From Chiloscyllium plagiosum (taxonomy: Eukaryota), in the NCBI RefSeq assembly GCF_004010195.1, contig NC_057719.1, positions 10,438,206 through 10,480,324 on the forward strand: a stretch of 42,119 bases of DNA, given 5' to 3'. The notes under the pieces were generated by a model. That model worked only from the letters and a program-made list of their open reading frames with translations, had not been told where the DNA came from and ran no database searches. The stretch's first letter is position 1, and every line of letters begins with the position of its first letter. Positions 37,513 through 42,119 of this stretch are shown here, piece after piece. The position numbers and the translations under genes are program-made.

Positions 37513-37586
37513 CAGATCTCTTGACCAATAATGCTCTGTAGCAGCATGTAACTTCTACAACATACACTACAGAAATTCATTAAGGC

Positions 37587-37885
37587 TCATTAGACAGCAC
37601 CTGCCAAACCCACTTCCATTTTGAAGGGCAAGTGCAGCAGATATGTGGGAACACCACCACCTGCAGAGTTCCCTCCAAGCCACCATTTAATAAGGCATTG
37701 TCGTTCCTTCACTGTCGCAGGGTCAAAATCCTGGCAATCCCTCCCTAAGGGCATTATGGGTCTGCCTGCAGAAAATAGACTGCTGCAGTTCAAGAATACA
37801 ACTCACCACCACCACCTTCTCAAGGGCAACTAATAGTAGGCAATAAATAATGGCCCAGGCAGCAACACCTACATCCCATGAGTGA
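37587..37885 (+). mobile_element. CR1/L2-group LINE 3' end
   Basis: Remnant SFTVAGSKSWQSLPKGIMG...LLQFKNTTHHHHLLKGN*, followed by AATAAA. Confidence 0.75.
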
Positions 37886-38279
37886 TCAATACAAACAGTG
37901 AAAATGTAAGCTATAACTAAATGAAAAATAATTAGATTTCTGGGATGTGTGATTGCTATCACAAGTATGTACCAAATTTCAATGCTACAGCTGTTCCACA
38001 AACAGATACTCTCCAAAAACCAAAGTGAATGTACTGTGGTCAGGAGCCGGTCAGCATCTTTGGAGGGAGAAGCATGTATACGTCTTCATAACCAATTACT
38101 GCATCTTCATCAAATAAGTTTTATTTCCATAGCAAACTAATAATTTCTTTAAAACCTGATGTAGTAAAATATTTAATTGGCCACTTCAGTATCTGGAACA
38201 ACCTTTCATTTTATGTTGAGCCCTGTGATGTAGCAGGACTAGAGCAGCATTGCAGTCCTCCGTGAAGTATCGACTTTTG

Positions 38280-38515
38280 GTTCTTTCGAAATCTATCTTA
38301 AATCTGTGCCCACTGTTTGCCTATTTCTTACAAATAGAGACTTGTTTCTTCCCATAGACACCTTAAGGCACTTCACTCCACTTGAACACCTCAATTAAAT
38401 CTTTCTTCAACCTTTCCTGCTTTAAAAAGAACAATCCCAGCTGTTCTAACCTCCCCACATAACTGAACAGCCTCATCTTTGGTACCTTGCCAGTGAAGCA
38501 CCTTTGAATCCACTC
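38280..38515 (-). mobile_element. Old CR1 fragment
   Basis: Remnant RLFSYVGRLEQLGLFFLKQERLKKDLIEVFK. Confidence 0.7.
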
Positions 38516-38604
38516 CAACATAGGCAAAGACAAAATATCCCAAGACACTTCCCAGCAATATAATCAAACAAAGATCAACAATGATTTAAAGAAAGAATTA
38601 TGAT

Positions 38605-38885
38605 TTTTGATTTGATTTATTATTGTCACATGTACCTAGCTACAGTGAAAAGTTTTGTTTTGCATACAGTACAGACAAATCATACCATACAAAAGTGCAT
38701 GAGGGTGATAGAACAGAGCAAGAAATACAATATTACAGCTGCAGAGGTGAACAATGAGTGAGATCAACGTTTAGATTTAAATGTTGAAAGGGCCATTCAA
38801 AGTCTAATAACATCGGGGAAGAAGCTGTTCTTGAATCTCTTGGCATGTGTGTTTAAGCTTTTGTATCTTCTGCTGGAGAGTCTGG
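38605..38885 (-). mobile_element. Retroposon 3' end, same family as 25850-26180
   Basis: ttgatttgatttattattgtcacatgtacc...aagtctaataaca...gaagctgttcttgaa. Confidence 0.7.
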
Positions 38886-39047
38886 AAAGTGGAAGAGAAC
38901 TGAATTTCCACTCATAGCAGTTGCTGGCATTTTTAGCTTCTCCCTAAGTGCGTGTAAGAAGGTGGTGGTAAGCCATGTTCAATCACTGCAGTCCTTAAAG
39001 TTTCACAAACAATCCAGACTGGTGGTGGGTGGACGGGCTGGGAACTC

Positions 39048-39070
39048 GTGTGTGTGTGTGTGTGTGTGTG
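39048..39070. repeat. (GT)11 microsatellite
   Basis: Perfect dinucleotide run. Confidence 0.95.
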
Positions 39071-39965
39071 AGTGAGTCAAGGTTAGATCTCATGGAATAC
39101 AGGGAGAGCTACACGTTTGGATACAGAACTTGCTTAAAGGTAGAAGACAGAGGGTGGTGGTGGAGGGTTGCTTTTCAGACTGAAAGCCTGTGACCTGTGG
39201 TATGCCACAAGGATCGCTGCTGGGTCCACTAATTTTCATCATTTATATAAATGATTTGGATGTGAACATAGGAGGTATAGTTAGTAAATTTGCAGAATAC
39301 ACCAAAATTGGAAGTGTGGTGGACAGTGAAGGAGGTTACCTCAGAGTCCAACGGGACCTTGATCAGATGGGCCAATGGGCTGAGAAGTGGCAGATGGAGT
39401 TTAATTCAGATAAATGTGAGGTGCTGCATTTTGGAAAGGCAAACAGAGCAGGACTTATACACTTAATAGTTAGACCCTGGGGAGTGTTGCTGAACAGACA
39501 CCTTGAAGTGCAGGTTCATTTTTGGAATACTGTGTGCAATTGTGGTTTCCTTCTTATCAGAAGGATGTTGTGAAACTTGAAAGGGTTCAGAAAAGACTGA
39601 CAAGGATGTTGCCAGGGTTGGAGGATTTGAGCTATAGAGAGAGGCTGAATAGGCTGGGGCTGTTTTCCCTGGAGCGTCGGAGGTTGAGGGATCACGGTAT
39701 AGAGGTTTATAAGATCATGAGGGGCATAGATGAGATAAATAAACAAGGTCTTTTCCCTGGAGTGGGGGAGTCCAGAACTAGATGGCATAGGTTCAGGGTG
39801 AGGGGGAAAGATATAAAAGGGACCTAAAGGGCAACTTTTTCACACAGAAGGTGGTGAGTGTATGGAATGAACTGCCAGAAGAAATGCTGGAGGTTAGTAT
39901 AATTACAGCATTTAAAAAAAACATCTGAATGGGCATCTGAATAGGAAGGGCTTAGAGGGATATGG

Positions 39966-40159
39966 ATCGAGAGTGTGGTGCTGGAAAAGCACAGCAGGTC
40001 CAGCAGCATCAGAAGAGCAAGAAAATCGATGTTTCGGGCAAAACCTCTTCATCAGGAAATGTCATTCCTCATGCTCCTCAGAAGCTGCCTGACCTGCTGT
40101 GCGTTTCCAGCATCACACCGTCAACTGTAATCTCCAGCATTTGCAGTCATCACTTTCTC
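39966..40159. mobile_element. Fold-back PLE derivative with about 15-bp TSD and decayed hammerhead (40055-40028, minus)
   Basis: TSD cttagagggatatgg (39951-39965) and cttagaggatatgg (40160-40173). Minus strand reads CTGATGA-agaggttttgccc-GAAA-CATC. Confidence 0.85.
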
Positions 40160-40201
40160 CTTAGAGGATATGGGCCAAGTCCTGGCAAATGGGACTAGAT
40201 T

Positions 40202-40416
40202 AAGTTAAAAATCACACAACACCAGGTTATAGTCCAACAGGTTTAATTGGAAGCACACTAGCTTTTGGAGCGACGCTCCTTTATCACCTGATCAGGTGAT
40301 GAAGGAGCGTCGCTCCGAAAGCTAGTGTGCTTCCAATTAAACCTGTTGGACTATAACCTGGTGTTGTGTGATTTTTAACTTTGTAAACCCCAGTCCAACA
40401 CCGGCATCTCCAAATC
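40202..40416. mobile_element. Young fold-back PLE derivative: 180-bp near-perfect palindrome plus tail
   Basis: Arms at 40202-40291 and 40292-40381 with no spacer and 2 mismatches. TSD gggactagatta (40191-40202) and gggactcgatta (40417-40428). Core GTGATGA-A-GGAGC-GTC-GCTCC-GAAA-GCTA-GTG at 40296-40327. Confidence 0.9.
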
Positions 40417-40859
40417 GGGACTCGATTAGGTTTGGATATGTAGTTGGCATGAACAAGTTGGACCAAAGGTTCTGTTTCCCTGCTGTACATCTCTATGACT
40501 CTATGATAAGGGAAAAAATATATTTCAAAGTCACTTGGAGAACTTGCAGGAGATGCTCCCATTTACTGTTTTCTGTGTGGAAAATGTCACGGAATCGAAG
40601 ATGCTGTCAAAGAAGCCATGGAGTAGGACTGACTCTGGAACTGCTAGATCACTTTTCACAATCACATAACAGTCTGGTGGGAGAATAGCGTAATCCCATT
40701 TCAAAAACCCAATTTCAGAAAGCTTAATTACAGAACTTTCTGACTTGAACTCAAGGGCAAAATTTCTAACTGTGCAGACCATATTAAACTCAAATATAGT
40801 CAGCAGTGAGGAGCACAGTAACAGATTTCAAAAGGACTGAGAATCAGAAAATAAGATAA

Positions 40860-41065
40860 TATTCAGCAGGTCAGACTGCACCTGTGGAGAGACAAAATGG
40901 AGTCAATCTTTCAGGTCAATGGTCTTTCCTTCAGAACTCCTGGAAAAAGACGTTATCAATCTGAAAAGCTTAACTGTGTCTTTTCTCTCTCCAGAGATGT
41001 TGCTTGGCCAAATGAATATTTCCAGACTTCCTGTTGTTATTTCAGATTTCCAACATCTGGACTAT
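40860..41065. mobile_element. Old fold-back PLE terminal derivative
   Basis: attcagcaggtcagactgcacctgtggagaga ... ctctctccagagatgttgcttggccaaatgaat, followed by tail tttcagatttccaacatctg. Confidence 0.5.
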
Positions 41066-41874
41066 TTTGCTGTTGAGCATAGATAGACTTGCAAAGAAAT
41101 GGCAGGTGATAGTTGACGTGGAAGTGTGATGTGATCCCTTTAAACAGGAATAATAAAGAGGAGAAACAGAAAATAAATGATACCATTTTCAAGTGACACG
41201 TGAACATTAAGACCTAGTGCTGAAAGCTCACAAGTCTTTGGGTAACAGGACTTTTTAGGGAAGAAACAAAGAAGGTCGAACTTTATGGAATTCCGTCAGC
41301 ACAGAGGTGAAGTGTGATGCCAAGACTTTGGAAAGGTTATCAAGATCTTGAACATTAAGGTGTAGAGGAAATTCTAAAGAATGAAACAACAGAAGAATAA
41401 TTTCAGTTTCATGTTGTGTAAGAGAGACTGTGGTTTCACTCCTCAGAGCAGAGAAAGTTAGTACTGATGTTTGAAATGCTGAAGTTCTGATTGGGTGAAT
41501 ACAAGAAGCTGTTTCCACTGACAGAAATGTCAGTATGCTAAGATTCAGATTTAAGGTCATTGACAAAAATAAAGAAAGAGAGTGGCGATTAGAAGAATAC
41601 TTTCATCATGAACTAACAAAATTGTCCTGATTTAAAACAGGCGGCCTTGAAGCTTAGTGGAAGTGGGCTCAATAATAGTTCACAAAAAAGGAACTGGATA
41701 AATATATGAAGAGAGGAGAAAACAGTTCCAGTGTTTTGGGGAAAGAGCAGAGCAACAGGATTAATTGAACAGCTCTTTGAATGAGTACAGGATTGAGGGG
41801 CTCCTTCTGTCCTGCATCATTCAATGTTGTCACTTTTATTTCCAAATATGTGGAGGCCAATATTTCCCAAAGTA

Positions 41875-41988
41875 GAGTTATACAGTCATACAGCATGGAA
41901 ACAGACCCTCTAGTCCAACCCGTCCACACCAACCATGTCCCCAAACTAAACTCAAACCACCTGCCTGTGCTTGGCACATATCCCTCCA
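41875..41988 (-). mobile_element. CR1 3'UTR end, interrupted by a PLE terminus
   Basis: agtcatacagcatggaaacagaccct...gcacatatccctccaa matches 6680-6791. Confidence 0.8.
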
Positions 41989-42119
41989 AGGAGAAAGTGA
42001 GGACTGCAGATGCTGGAGATCAGAGCTTAAAAATGTGTTGCTGGAAAAGCGCAGTAGGTCAGGCAGCATCCAAGGAGCAGGAGAATCGACGTTTCGGGCA
42101 TGAGCTCTTCTTCAGGAAT
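41989..42119 (-). mobile_element. PLE terminus running off the window end
   Basis: Same family as 9183-9390 and the termini of 36284-37512. Confidence 0.85.
42084..42119 (-). ncRNA. Minimal type-I hammerhead motif, best-preserved copy
   Basis: ATTC-CTGAAGA-A-GAGC-TCAT-GCCC-GAAA-CGTC-GATT. Catalytic core and GUC cleavage triplet are intact; stem II has one mismatch. Confidence 0.65.

Larger units (their letters stand above)
39078..40506 (+). mobile_element. 5'-truncated CR1 LINE with two fold-back insertions in its 3'UTR
   Basis: RT motifs GMPQGSLLGPLIFIIYINDL, KFAEYTK, WQMEFNSDKCEVLHFG and EYCVQLWFPSYQKDVVKLERVQKRLTRM; ends in a ctatgactctatga tail. Confidence 0.92.

Noticed and set aside
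36617..37567. 316-aa Pro/Ser/Thr-rich ORF and neighbouring ORFs
   Set aside because: Alternative frames of the C-rich strand of the Penelope-like element; not a host gene.

Overview
Eukaryotic vertebrate DNA, very likely from an elasmobranch (shark), judged from the HE1/V-SINE, CR1 and Penelope-like repeat content. The window holds the 5' part of a neurexin-3 alpha gene (nrxn3) on the minus strand. The large first coding exon (CDS 34575-33882) encodes signal peptide, LNS1 and EGF-A. Three phase-1 microexons of alternative splice site 1 (SS1), missed by the ORF track, follow at 20734-20717 (18 nt), 19419-19390 (30 nt) and 18646-18635 (12 nt), giving ...YCTE|EVNRVP|GFSHLTMGEQ|GRSK|. The LNS2 exon was not found and presumably lies beyond position 1. 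The rest is intron filled with decayed CR1/L2-type LINEs, tRNA-derived SINEs and Penelope-like elements (PLEs). Points of most interest: (1) several minimal hammerhead-ribozyme cores in the PLE termini; (2) short fold-back PLE derivatives with 12-16 bp target-site duplications (TSDs); (3) a TE-depleted zone enriched in Rbfox motifs around the microexons; (4) a possible recursive-splice configuration at the 12-nt exon; (5) an unexplained gap-free 223-bp direct duplication. All calls are by eye, with no database search. Repeat boundaries are approximate.
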